A DNA stretch of 62,945 nt, filler included, from Octopus bimaculoides (taxonomy: Eukaryota), in the NCBI RefSeq assembly GCF_001194135.2. It is 8 parts of 8 records of this genome, joined end to end, with 100 filler letters (N's around TTAATTAATTAA, not from the genome) between each part and the next. Parts side by side here need not be neighbours in the genome. Positions count along the whole stretch, not along the records: positions 1 to 8,724 come from NC_068982.1; positions 8,825 to 20,835 come from NC_068987.1; 6 more parts are not named here. One strand, 5' to 3'. The notes beneath the pieces are model-generated. The model had not been told where the DNA came from and searched no databases. It worked only from the letters and a program-made list of their open reading frames with translations. Shown piece by piece: positions 1-10,485 of this stretch; position 1 is the stretch's first letter, and each line of letters starts with the position of its first letter. A program made the translations under genes and the position numbers.

Positions 1-258
1 CTTTTCTCTTCTGTTTTTTGTTATGTGTGTGCCATAAATATCGCCATCCGTTAGAGAAAAAATTGTAGTTTGGAATCAGTAGTTCTTTGACTGTTATTTC
101 TAAATTTTCAGTATGTTGGAGAACCAACTCATGCTAATCCCTGTATATTTATGATTATAAATGGTTTTACCGATAAAGGTCCTTTCATACAGAACTACTT
201 GGCAAAATTGTTAATTATTAATTTTATTACTAATTGACGATTCCCTGCCCTATATCTG

Positions 259-334
<76 letters not shown>
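259..334. repeat. (GATA)n microsatellite
   Basis: Perfect TAGA/GATA tandem run of about 19 units. Confidence 0.97.
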
Positions 335-1644
335 CGCATATATATCTATACATATGTTACACAATATATATTAATAAATCTTAAATCAAGTTTTATATTT
401 AGCCAACAGCGACAAAGAATAAGGAAGGAATGGTGTTGAAAAATCATTATTAAATCATATCAACAAAAATAATATTCTAGATCAGTTGTACATGTCTGTG
501 TGAGCATGTGCGCGTGCGTCTACATACACACATACATGCATACATAATTACATACATATAGAGAATGATACACAGAGGGACACACACACAGTCATACGCG
601 CGTACACACACAAACACACTGATACACATACACACACACACACTTTTCCATTTCGTCTACGCGCACATGCAAACACACATCTTTCTCGACTGCCGTTGAC
701 TTGTTTCTGACCTCTCACAGCCACATAAACACGCACTAACCCTCACGCACACAGATCCTTCCACACACACACACTACCATACAGTCACAGTCACTACCAC
801 ATANNNNNNNNNNNNNNNNNNNNNNNNNNNNNNNNNNNNNNNNNNNNNNNNNNNNNNNNNNNNNNNNNNNNNNNNNNNNNNNNNNNNNNNNNNNNNNNNN
901 NNNNNNNNNNNNNNNNNNNNNNNNNNNNNNNNNNNNNNNNNNNNNNNNNNNNNNNNNNNNNNNNNNNNNNNNNNNNNNNNNNNNNNNNNNNNNNNNNNNN
1001 NNNNNNNNNNNNNNNNNNNNNNNNNNNNNNNNNNNNNNNNNNNNNNNNNNNNNNNNNNNNNNNNNNNNNNNNNNNNNNNNNNNNNNNNNNNNNNNNNNNN
1101 NNNNNNNNNNNNNNNNNNNNNNNNNNNNNNNNNNNNNNNNNNNNNNNNNNNNNNNNNNNNNNNNNNNNNNNNNNNNNNNNNNNNNNNNNNNNNNNNNNNN
1201 NNNNNNNNNNNNNNNNNNNNNNNNNNNNNNNNNNNNNNNNNNNNNNNNNNNNNNNNNNNNNNNNNNNNNNNNNNNNNNNNNNNNNNNNNNNNNNNNNNNN
1301 NNNNNNNNNNNNNNNNNNNNNNNNNNNNNNNNNNNNNNNNNNNNNNNNNNNNNNNNNNNNNNNNNNNNNNNNNNNNNNNNNNNNNNNNNNNNNNNNNNNN
1401 NNNNNNNNNNNNNNNNNNNNNNNNNNNNNNNNNNNNNNNNNNNNNNNNNNNNNNNNNNNNNNNNNNNNNNNNNNNNNNNNNNNNNNNNNNNNNNNNNNNN
1501 NNNNNNNNNNNNNNNNNNNNNNNNNNNNNNNNNNNNNNNNNNNNNNNNNNNNNNNNNNNNNNNNNNNNNNNNNNNNNNNNNNNNNNNNNNNNNNNNNNNN
1601 NNNNNNNNNNNNNNNNNNNNNNNNNNNNNNNNNNNNNNNNNNNN

Positions 1645-1987
1645 TCCCAACCACATGGCTCCGGGTTCAGTCCCACTGCGTGGCATCTTCGGTAGGTGTC
1701 TTCTACTATTGTCTTGTGAGTGGATTTGGTAGACAGAAACTGAAAGGAACAAGTCGTGTGTGTGTGTGTGTGTGTGTGTGTGTATTCGTGTGTCTGTGTT
1801 TGTCCCCTCACCAGCGCTTAACAACCTATATTGGTGTGTTTACGTCCCTGTAACTTAGCGGATCGGCAAAGAGTCCGTTAGAATAAGTACTAGGCTTACA
1901 AAAGAATAAGTCCTGGGGTTGATTTGTTCAGCTAAAGGCTGTGCTCCAGCATGACCGCAATCAAATGACTGAAACAAATAAAAGAAT
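1645..1987 (+). mobile_element. tRNA-derived SINE, family A (head + CORE-like block, internal (TG)n, 3' tail); 5' end lost in gap
   Basis: B-box-like GGTTCAGTCC, the family block GGCA..TT.GG.A.GTGTCTTCTACTAT, internal (TG)n, and tail ...CCAGCATGACCGCAATCAAATGACTGAAACAA. More than 20 related copies or halves occur in the window. Confidence 0.85.
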
Positions 1988-2257
1988 ATCTCAACAGTTA
2001 TTGCTCTTTCATCGGCAATACATCAACCCATCAACCATCCATGAACGCCTTGCTTGAACATCCATAAAGTTTGGCCGTGTAACACTATTGGATTGATGAA
2101 TTTACATATTAAACACATTCCTAGCAACCGGTACGCAAACATTAATTGCTAGCAGAACACAGTATTTCGTTTTGCAACCACAATGCATTACGAAGTACAT
2201 TAAAAGTTTACAAGTCAACATCGTGCCTTACTTTTGTGTTAGCAATGCGATATTTTC

Positions 2258-2287
2258 ATTTTTAAGTTCATCTCTATAGATTATCTA
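2258..2287 (+). repeat. Left copy of 30-bp direct repeat (putative target-site duplication); right copy at 3239-3268
   Basis: ATTTTTAAGTTCATCTCTATAGATTATCTA versus ATTTTTAAGTCCATCTCTATAGATTATCTA, one mismatch. Confidence 0.8.
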
Positions 2288-3238
2288 TAGGAGGAATTCC
2301 AACCACGTTTCGTGGTTCGCTACCTCAACAGCTCCTGTATAGGATCCAATGGCCAAAGACATCACCAGGAGGAACCACGTCCGGTTTCAACCCCTACTCC
2401 TCTACCGTTTTCCACGTTGTGGTGTCCCCACCACCACTTTCGGAGCTGCTTCAGCTCTGGTGTTGAGTGCGTTTCTTGTTTCTCCTTTTTTTCTTCTGTT
2501 CTTTGGTTTCTTTGATGCAGCATAAACGAATGTCAGCGAGCGACTGACCATCCTGCCAAATTCCCCTTTAAATACTCGCCGGTAGGCACCAGCTAACTGT
2601 CACGTGACACTAAGCTTCAACTAACCAATGGAGGGGAAGGGTGCGTAATCTTAGCCCGCGTTCTCTCTAAACCTGCCTTCCAATAGCGTCGTGTTAGTTT
2701 CAGTTCCAGCAGCCAGAGCCGACCAACTGTTTAGTATTACAAGCCTTCGAACCAGGAGGAAGGGGCGCCATGAACGAGAATGCTACCTTGTCCCACCTGT
2801 CAGTCAGCGATGCTACTTCAGCGTCAGTCGGCCTCATCTAGCGATGCTATTTCCCAGTCGGCATGTTATGGCTTTGAAGCCATTTTGAGTCTTCCTGCTT
2901 CAGCCATATATAGAAGATGGCCTTGTCGACTACCTCCTGTATCCTCCCTATTACTTTTCTCAGCTCTGAGCTCGAAAATGCAAACCTTTCTTTTAAATAA
3001 CGCCGTCATTTTCCTTTCAATGAAGCCTCTACCCCCCACTGTCAGGTGGTAATACTCGACAGTCCACCCCTGTTCTCCACACTCTTCGGTTAATCTCTCA
3101 TACCTCTTCTCCTTCCGTTGCTCTGCATTACCGATGTTCTCTTCCCCTGGCACTGTCAGCTCTAACAAAATTCCAATTTTCCGTTCTGTGTTCCATAGGA
3201 TTAAGTCCGCTCTTTTTGTTGTTTTTATGAGTGGAAAT
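2288..3238 (-). mobile_element. 5'-truncated HERO-like non-LTR retrotransposon (restriction-like endonuclease C-terminus + ~580-bp 3' region)
   Basis: ORF 2866-3252(-) reads KTTKRADLILWN...LLELTVPGEENIGNAEQRKEKRYERL..EC..QGW..EYYHLTVGGRGF, matching the RPD-x-VLWS / ELTVPWEE / RK-xx-KY / GW / VG-x-RGF pattern of HERO-type RLE domains. Flanked by a 30-bp direct repeat. Confidence 0.8.
2541..2629 (-). promoter_or_regulatory. Pol II core-promoter-like motif cluster inside the HERO-like 3' region
   Basis: On the minus strand: ATTGG (2629-2625), palindrome TGTCACGTGACA (2598-2609), TATTTAAA (2574-2567) and Inr-like TCAGTC with its A at 2545, 29 nt after the TATA start. Motif spacing only; no expression data. 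Confidence 0.4.
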
Positions 3239-3931
3239 ATTTTTAAGTCCATCTCTATAGATTATCTACAAAATTTAGTGTGATCACTGCAAGTTACGAT
3301 GTTTCGTAAACGAATACGTTTATGCAAACAATGCGATCAGAAACAGAAAAGATAGGCAATTGTTGTGTGTTCCTATCTCAAGAGTCATTGGGGCTCCTTC
3401 ATCAACTGATTTGTTAAAATTGTTGATTAAAATAAATGGAAAAGAAAAAAGAACGAAAGAATTTACCTGACACGCAATATTTAAGATATTTTCAGCTTCT
3501 AACGANNNNNNNNNNCATTTAAAACATTTCACAAAAAGACAATTGTTTGAAACAAAATTGATTAAAATAAACCGATGATTAAATTTTATGGAAATTTAAT
3601 TTAAAAACTTACTACACCTGGTCAAAACGCAATCATTTTAAAATCTTTCACATTCAAAACAAAAAAAAAACAAAAAAATAACAGATAGGCTTTATTGCTT
3701 CAGTGTTTATTTTGTTGTTTGTTTCTCTTTTAATGATTGTTATTTTAATTAGCATTTTTAGCTTAATGAATGCGAATCCTTATTTCAACTTTTTCATCGT
3801 ATTAGTTCTGGGGTTTTTAATGAGAAATAATTTAACGAAATACACTAAACAGTGTGGTTAATACAATTACATGGTTAACGGTTGAATGGTCTTTTATTCA
3901 TCATCATCATCATTGTTGTTGTTTTTATTAC

Positions 3932-3932
<1 letters not shown>

Positions 3933-3985
<53 letters not shown>
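3933..3985. repeat. (TTA)n microsatellite
   Basis: Perfect trinucleotide run; explains the poly-Ile ORF. Confidence 0.95.
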
Positions 3986-3986
<1 letters not shown>

Positions 3987-4285
3987 TGCAGGGAATTCAA
4001 AAGAGCTATTGTGAAGGTGCGGAATAAGAAATTAATATTCATGATGGAGAAAATTGATTGAGAATCGCACTTGGCACAGTGAGACGGTGTCATTTCGCGC
4101 ACCCTGTGTCACCATAGCTACATTGCGGCACTTTGTTAGTAAAACAACAGCAGCATTACAACAATTCTTCCGTAGACTTAGCCGTCGACAGAAACCGAAA
4201 AGTAATACAACAAACTGCTATAGAGGACAACAGTTCAAAAGCACTTCTTTCGTAAATAATTTCTCAAACGGTAGACTTAAATATA

Positions 4286-4878
4286 CATTAATCCCTCGCT
4301 ATACCACGGTTCACCTATCGCGCACTCAGTACATCGTGTTCACTTATCACGCATTAAGTACATCGCGGTTCACCTATCGCGCACTCAGTACATCGAGGTT
4401 CACCTATCGCGCACTCAATACATCGTGTTCACTTATCACGCATTGAGTACATCGAGGTTCACCTATCGTGCACTCAGTACATCGCGGTTCACCTATCGCG
4501 CACTCAATATATCGAGGTTCACTTATCGCGCATTGAGTACCACATGGTTCACCTATAGTGCACTCAGTACATCACGGTTCACCTATCGCGCACTCAGTAC
4601 ATCGAGGTTCACCTATCGTGCACTCAGTACATCGCTGTTCACCTATCGCGCACTCTGTACATCGCGGTTCACCTATCACGCACTAAGTACATCGCGGTTC
4701 ACCTATCGCGCACATAGTACATCACGGATTTTTCTGTCAAACATATGTAAATTTATATCCGGTCTCCTCAGTATATCGCGGGTTTCTGCGGCCGATATGT
4801 ATTTAGATTTTTTTAGATTTTAATTATTTTTGTGGGAGGTCTTGGAACATAACACCCGCGATAATCGAGGGATTACTG
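4286..4878. mobile_element. Tigger/pogo-like MITE (Tc1/mariner superfamily, non-autonomous)
   Basis: Imperfect terminal inverted repeats: CATTAATCCCTCGCTATACCACGG at the left (preceded by TA) and CCCGCGATAATCGAGGGATTACTG at the right (reverse complement CAGTAATCCCTCGATTATCGCGGG). No transposase. Confidence 0.75.
4307..4727. repeat. 30-bp minisatellite, about 14 copies, inside the MITE
   Basis: Unit about GGTTCACCTATCGCGCACTCAGTACATCGC; gives the RFTYRALSTS repeat in the ORF track. Confidence 0.95.
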
Positions 4879-4884
4879 AACAGG

Positions 4885-5112
4885 TTTAATTGAGTATTGG
4901 TTTCAGATTTTAGCACGAGGCCACGAATTTCGGGTAGAGGGTAAGTTGATTACATCGATCCCAGTGATCACCTGGTACTTATTTTATCGAGCCCAAAATG
5001 ATGAAAGACAAAGTTGACCTCGGCAAAATTTGAATTCAGAACATAAAGGTGGACGAAATGGCGCTAAGTATTTTGCCCGGCATTTTTACGATACCGCCGC
5101 CTCGCTGCCTTA
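4885..5112 (-). mobile_element. SINE family B
   Basis: Matches other copies: head GGCGGCGAGCTGGCAGAA.., GAGTTCAAATTC B-box-like motif, core TTTCATCCTTTCGGGGTCGATAAAATAAGTACCAG, and tail GGCCTTGTGCC. Confidence 0.8.
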
Positions 5113-5143
5113 TTATATAGGCTTACATACTGACTTGAAATCT

Positions 5144-5365
5144 TAAGGCAATAAACTGGTAGAATTGTGAGCGCGTGGGACAAAATGCTCAGTGGCATTT
5201 CTTCTGGTGCTATACGTTCTGAGTTCAAATTCCACCCTGGTCAAGTTTACTTTTCATCGTTTTGGGGTCTGTAAAATACAGTACCAGCTGAGCATGGCGG
5301 TCGATGTAATTGACTTGTCCCTCTTCTTAAAATTTCTGGTCTTGTGATAAAAAATTTGAGACAAT
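5144..5365 (+). mobile_element. SINE family B, head-to-head with the previous copy
   Basis: CTGAGTTCAAATTCCACCCTGGTCAAGTTTACTTTTCATCGTTTTGGGGTCTGTAAAATACAGTACCAG...GGTCGATGTAATTGAC. Confidence 0.75.
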
Positions 5366-6627
5366 GTTAATGCGGGTTCTTGGTTGTTAAATACTTTTGT
5401 CTGGTCGTTCCACTTGTAGAGACTGAATCTGGAACCGTGTGGTTGGGAAGCAAACGTCTTATCCCGCAGTCACACCTGCACCTATGTGTGCGAGTATACA
5501 AAACGATGCATAAAAGTTTGACATTTGCCACATGCAAATTTTATAACCAGTATACGCAGCCATTGCGGATGTATTGGTCTTTCATTTTTAAGAGCTGGCG
5601 TTTCGTACGTAGCCATAAAATCTCAGTTGACTAAATTATTAATGAATATTCTGTATGGTACAACTCTCCATTTTATCTCAGCATGCGACATCGTCTAATT
5701 AGCGAACATCTTGTTTTGTTAGCTTGCTGCGCGGCACTTAAAACATTTCGGGGAACAAAACTTTGAATAGACTAACGTCTTGTTCTTATGCAGATATACT
5801 TCTCAACCGGCAACGTCATGAAAACTGAGATAATTTCTTTCGATCTGTGACATTTTCCATTATCTGTTATGGAATTTTAAAAAAATGGAATGAAAAACAA
5901 AAAGAAAACTCTGTTACATTAAAGCGCTGACGATAAATTCCTGTGGTGTAAACAATGTGACGCTGTGGAAAGGGGAGGGTGAAAGTGTATGCGTGGGGGA
6001 GAGGAAGAGAGGGAGATTCACATGAATGCTACTCGCACGTGCACACATACACACACACACCACACGCACACACACACACACACACACACACGCGCGCGCG
6101 CACACACAAACGGTAATGGTGTACTCACACGCACACAGAGAAGGCGATTAGCTGTAAGGGATGTGATGGAGGAGATAATGGTCACAACATTATCATTCGA
6201 ACGAGAGGGGACAAAGGAAGGACTTTCACAAAANNNNNNNNNNNNNNNNNNNNNNNNNNNNNNNNNNNNNNNNNNNNNNNNNNNNNNNNNNNNNNNNNNN
6301 NNNNNNNNNNNNNNNNNNNNNNNNNNNNNNNNNNNNNNNNNNNNNNNNNNNNNNNNNNNNNNNNNNNNNNNNNNNNNNNNNNNNNNNNNNNNNNNNNNNN
6401 NNNNNNNNNNNNNNNNNNNNNNNNNNNNNNNNNNNNNNNNNNNNNNNNNNNNNNNNNNNNNNNNNNNNNNNNNNNNNNNNNNNNNNNNNNNNNNNNNNNN
6501 NNNNNNNNNNNNNNNNNNNNNNNNNNNNNNNNNNNNNNNNNNNNNNNNNNNNNNNNNNNNNNNNNNNNNNNNNNNNNNNNNNNNNNNNNNNNNNNNNNNN
6601 NNNNNNNNNNNNNNNNNNNNNNATATA

Positions 6628-6658
<31 letters not shown>

Positions 6659-6698
6659 GGGAGAATATACACATATATACACATACATATATCTATAT

Positions 6699-6864
6699 AC
6701 GACGGGCTTCTTTCAGTTTCCGTCTACCAAATTCACTCAGAAGGTTTGATCGGCCCAGGGCTATAGTAGAAGACACTTGCCGAAGGTGCCACGCAGTGGG
6801 ACTGAACCCGGAATCATGTGATTGGGAAGCAGGCTTCTTACCACACAGCTACGTCTGCGCCTAT
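6699..6864 (-). mobile_element. SINE family A, head half
   Basis: Reverse complement of the family A head (GACGGGCTTCTTTCAGTTTCCGTCTACC...CCACACAGC..CTGCGCCTAT). Confidence 0.85.
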
Positions 6865-6934
6865 ACATACCTACATACATACATACATACATACAAACAA
6901 ACATACATACATACAAGCAAACATACATACATAG

Positions 6935-7068
6935 ATTGCCGTCTACCTGAGCCGCGTAGAACATAGGTGTTTCGCTCGTAAACACACACATCATCCGGTC
7001 TGAGATTCGAACCCACTACTCCTCGACCGCGAGTCCGCTGCTCTAACCACTAGGCCGTGTGCATCCAC
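6935..7068 (-). mobile_element. SINE family C (tRNA-like head)
   Basis: Minus strand GGCCTAGTGGTTAGAGCAGCGGACTCGCGGTCGAGG...GGGTTCGAATCTC carries A- and B-box-like motifs. Confidence 0.7.
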
Positions 7069-7361
7069 ATAGGTTCAGTTAATTTATATAAATAATTCTA
7101 CTCTTATCGTGACCAATTGTAAAACAAAGGTAACCCTTGTTTTAGAAAAGCTTTTCTTTAAAAAACAAAAAAAATCTAAAGGAATCAACTAAGGTTACGT
7201 TTCTTGCTATGATAAGTTTTTCCCTGATGTTGTTGATGTTGTTGATGTTATGGAGGTGTACGTTTTATATCATATGTCATCGGTCTTTATTATATCTCTT
7301 TGTTATATAGTTTTGCAATTTTGTACACATTTCTTCATGCTCAATCCGTAATTTAGATATA

Positions 7362-8724
7362 TAACTTAATAACTTAGATGTGTTTCGATCAAAGATTGGT
7401 CCAGGCCTGAATTAACCTAATGGTACCACCTGATAGGATTATCTAAATCCTTTTTAAGTCAAGTTTTGTGGTATCATGGTCCATTCGAGTAGGGAATTCT
7501 TGTTGAGTTGTATCCAGGTATAAGTGGCTTATCTGGTATTCCTTGAAGAAATTTGTCCAGATTCTTTTCCTCTTTGATCTGTTTCGGGACAACGTTAAAT
7601 AGGGCAGGGCCTGTTGAGAAAAAGGAATTCTATTGCAGTGTATTTATGTATTGTGATTCTGAATTGAGTAAAGGACGTATGGCCCGTGGTCCTAGCCTTG
7701 GATGAATTTTGAAGCTAATGTTGAGGTCGTTTGAGCAATGCTGGTGGTGTATTCTCCACTTCGTGCAAATGATATATCGTTCGCGGCGGTGCTGCAGAGA
7801 ATAGAATTTCAATGCTTTAAGGTGGTCCCAATAATCGAGATCAGTCATGCCCTTAATTCCTTTAGTGAGTGAGTCAATTTTCGAAATGTTTTGGGTCTTC
7901 ATGGGGAGACCACAGGGGGCAGTAGTATTCGAGGTGTGTCCGTACAAAGGAAGAATAATGACACTGTTTTCTGGACCAGAAGGTTCTTAAGATCCAGGAG
8001 CTCATCCTACGAGCTATATCGACCTTATTGTTGATGTGGGCACTCCGGCTGCGATTGTTGTCACCAGTTACTCCTAGGTCTCTGATATTATTAGATGCTG
8101 TGAGTGGTTCCCTTGAAGGAAGAGAGTATGATTGTTTTAGCATAGTCTTTCTTCCAAAATGCATCAGCTCAAATTTTCCCTCGTTTAGTTGCATTTTGTT
8201 TTTGTCTGCCCATTGACTCACAGTATGGAGATCAGACTGGAGTTGAGTTCGATCTTCTTCTTCATTGATAATTTTCTGAAGTTTGGAGCATTCAGCGAAT
8301 ATTTTCCCGTTGTTGTGTGTTATGACGCTGGAAAGGTCGTTTATATAGACTATAAAGAGAAACGGACCCAAAACAGTTCCCTGAGGAACACCAATGGTGA
8401 CTTTTGCTGGGCTTCAGTGGATTCCACCGATCACATGTTGTGTTCTTTTCCTCAGGAAATACTCAAACCAGTGTAGTAATTTTCCACTCATTTCAACATT
8501 TGACAGTATGATATTGTGGTCAACTCTGTCGAACGCTTTACTGAGGTCAAGATATATGACATCAGAGTTCGAACCTGATCCCAAAACTTTAAGGACATCA
8601 TCGATGTGGTGTTAGACAATCCCTGCCACAGCGAAAGCCATGCTGGTTTGAATTTTGGAGATTGTGGCACTTCAGGAAGCCAGCCATCCTTGATCTTACC
8701 AAGCTTTCAAACACTTTAATATAG
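7362..8724 (-). mobile_element. Decayed CR1-like LINE, 3' part of RT ORF plus 3' end (truncated by linker gap)
   Basis: Frameshifted translation gives NQHGFR, VIYLDLSKAFDRVDH, GPFLFIVYINDL, KIFAECSKL (decayed xADD), IRDLGV, RTHLEYYCPLWSP and LDKFLQGIPDKP. The 3' tail GGTGGTACC...GAAACACATCTAAGTTATTAAG recurs near 60790. Confidence 0.88.
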
Positions 8725-8824
8725 NNNNNNNNNNNNNNNNNNNNNNNNNNNNNNNNNNNNNNNNNNNNTTAATTAATTAANNNNNNNNNNNNNNNNNNNN
8801 NNNNNNNNNNNNNNNNNNNNNNNN
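8725..8824. other. Artificial scaffolding linker
   Basis: 44 N + TTAATTAATTAA (8769-8780) + 44 N. Confidence 0.95.
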
Positions 8825-8901
8825 AAGAAAAGCTTTACATTAGTATTTGTCCCCTCTATGTTCAGCCCCTGTGTGGCCAATAAAGAAAGTTATATATCTG
8901 T

Positions 8902-8969
8902 CTGCCTGCCTACCTGCCTACCTACCTACCTACCTACCTACCTGCCTACCTACTAACCTACCTACCTAC

Positions 8970-9036
<67 letters not shown>
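8902..9036. repeat. Compound (CCTA)n/(TCTA)n microsatellite
   Basis: Direct inspection. Confidence 0.95.
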
Positions 9037-9037
<1 letters not shown>

Positions 9038-9657
9038 TTGTATATGCGTGTGCATGATTGTAGGTGCGTGCCTTCGTGTTTGTTCTACCAGCACTAGAGA
9101 AACGGTGGTGGTTTGTTTACGTCCTCTAAAATTAGTAGTTTGGCATAAGAGATGTATACAATAGTTAATATACTTGATCAATTAATCCCTTCACAGCAGT
9201 GCTCCAGTATGGGCGCAGTCCAATGAGTATAACAAGTAAACAAATAAAAGAATTACAGAGAATTTAAACAAAACTTTCTGTAGAGATGCTGTTTTATTAA
9301 ATTTTACATTCCTTTTGGAATTCAGAGAAAATTAACCCACGAAGACCAACATTCCACTAGGATCTAAACTTTTACAGTAAAACCTGAACTTTTTAATGTT
9401 TTGTCCAATATTCGAATATAAAATAATTTAAAAGAATTTTTGAAAATGTTTTATATTTCTTTTTGTCTTTTTTGTCTTTTACTTACTTCATTCATTGCCC
9501 TGCGGCCAGGCTGGGGCAACATCCAGAAGGATTTTAGTTAAGCAAATGGACTCAGGTACTTCTCCTTTATTGTTTTTAGCCTGGTACTGGCTCTTTTGAC
9601 GAATTGCTAGATAATGGGATGTAAACAAACCAAAACCGGTTGTCTAGCGGTGGAATC

Positions 9658-9692
<35 letters not shown>

Positions 9693-10442
9693 CAAAAAAA
9701 CAATAACAAAAAAACAAAAANNNNNNNNNNAAAACAACAAAGTGAGGACGTGATATGGATAGTATTATTGGACGCTCAGGAAAGGATATGAATATATATA
9801 TGTATATATATATATATGTATATATATGCATATATATATGTGTGTATATACATATATATATGTATATACACTTACGTACATATATATATATATATATATA
9901 CACACACATATATACATATATATATATGCACACACACACATATATATGTATATATATATNNNNNNNNNNNNNNNNNNNNNNNNNNNNNNNNNNNNNNNNN
10001 NNNNNNNNNNNNNNNNNNNNNNNNNNNNNNNNNNNNNNNNNNNNNNNNNNNNNNNNNNNNNNNNNNNNNNNNNNNNNNNNNNNNNNNNNNNNNNNNNNNN
10101 NNNNNNNNNNNNNNNNNNNNNNNNNNNNNNNNNNNNNNNNNNNNNNNNNNNNNNNNNNNNNNNNNNNNNNNNNNNNNNNNNNNNNNNNNNNNNNNNNNNN
10201 NNNNNNNNNNNNNNNNNNNNNNNNNNNNNNNNNNNNNNNNNNNNNNNNNNNNNNNNNNNNNNNNNNNNNNNNNNNNNNNNNNNNNNNNNNNNNNNNNNNN
10301 NNNNNNNNNNNNNNNNNNNNNNNNNNNNNNNNNNNNNNNNNNNNNNNNNNNNNNNNNNNNNNNNNCCTGTGTGTAATAAATTTTACCACCACAAATATTT
10401 TACAATTTCATCAGTGTTTGTCGTCATTTTTTACTTGAGAAT

Positions 10443-10485
<43 letters not shown>

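Noticed and set aside
2350-2420. Hammerhead in the HERO-like 3' tail (GAAACC...CTGGTGA on the minus strand)
   Set aside because: The core is CUGGUGA rather than CUGANGA, and no stem I can form between the putative cleavage site and the core.
4307-4727. 30-bp repeats as a CRISPR array or as a repeat protein (ORFs 4054-4446 and 4425-4823)
   Set aside because: Units are contiguous with no unique spacers, there are no cas genes, and the context is eukaryotic. The ORFs stay open only because the 30-bp unit lacks stops, and the array lies inside TIRs.
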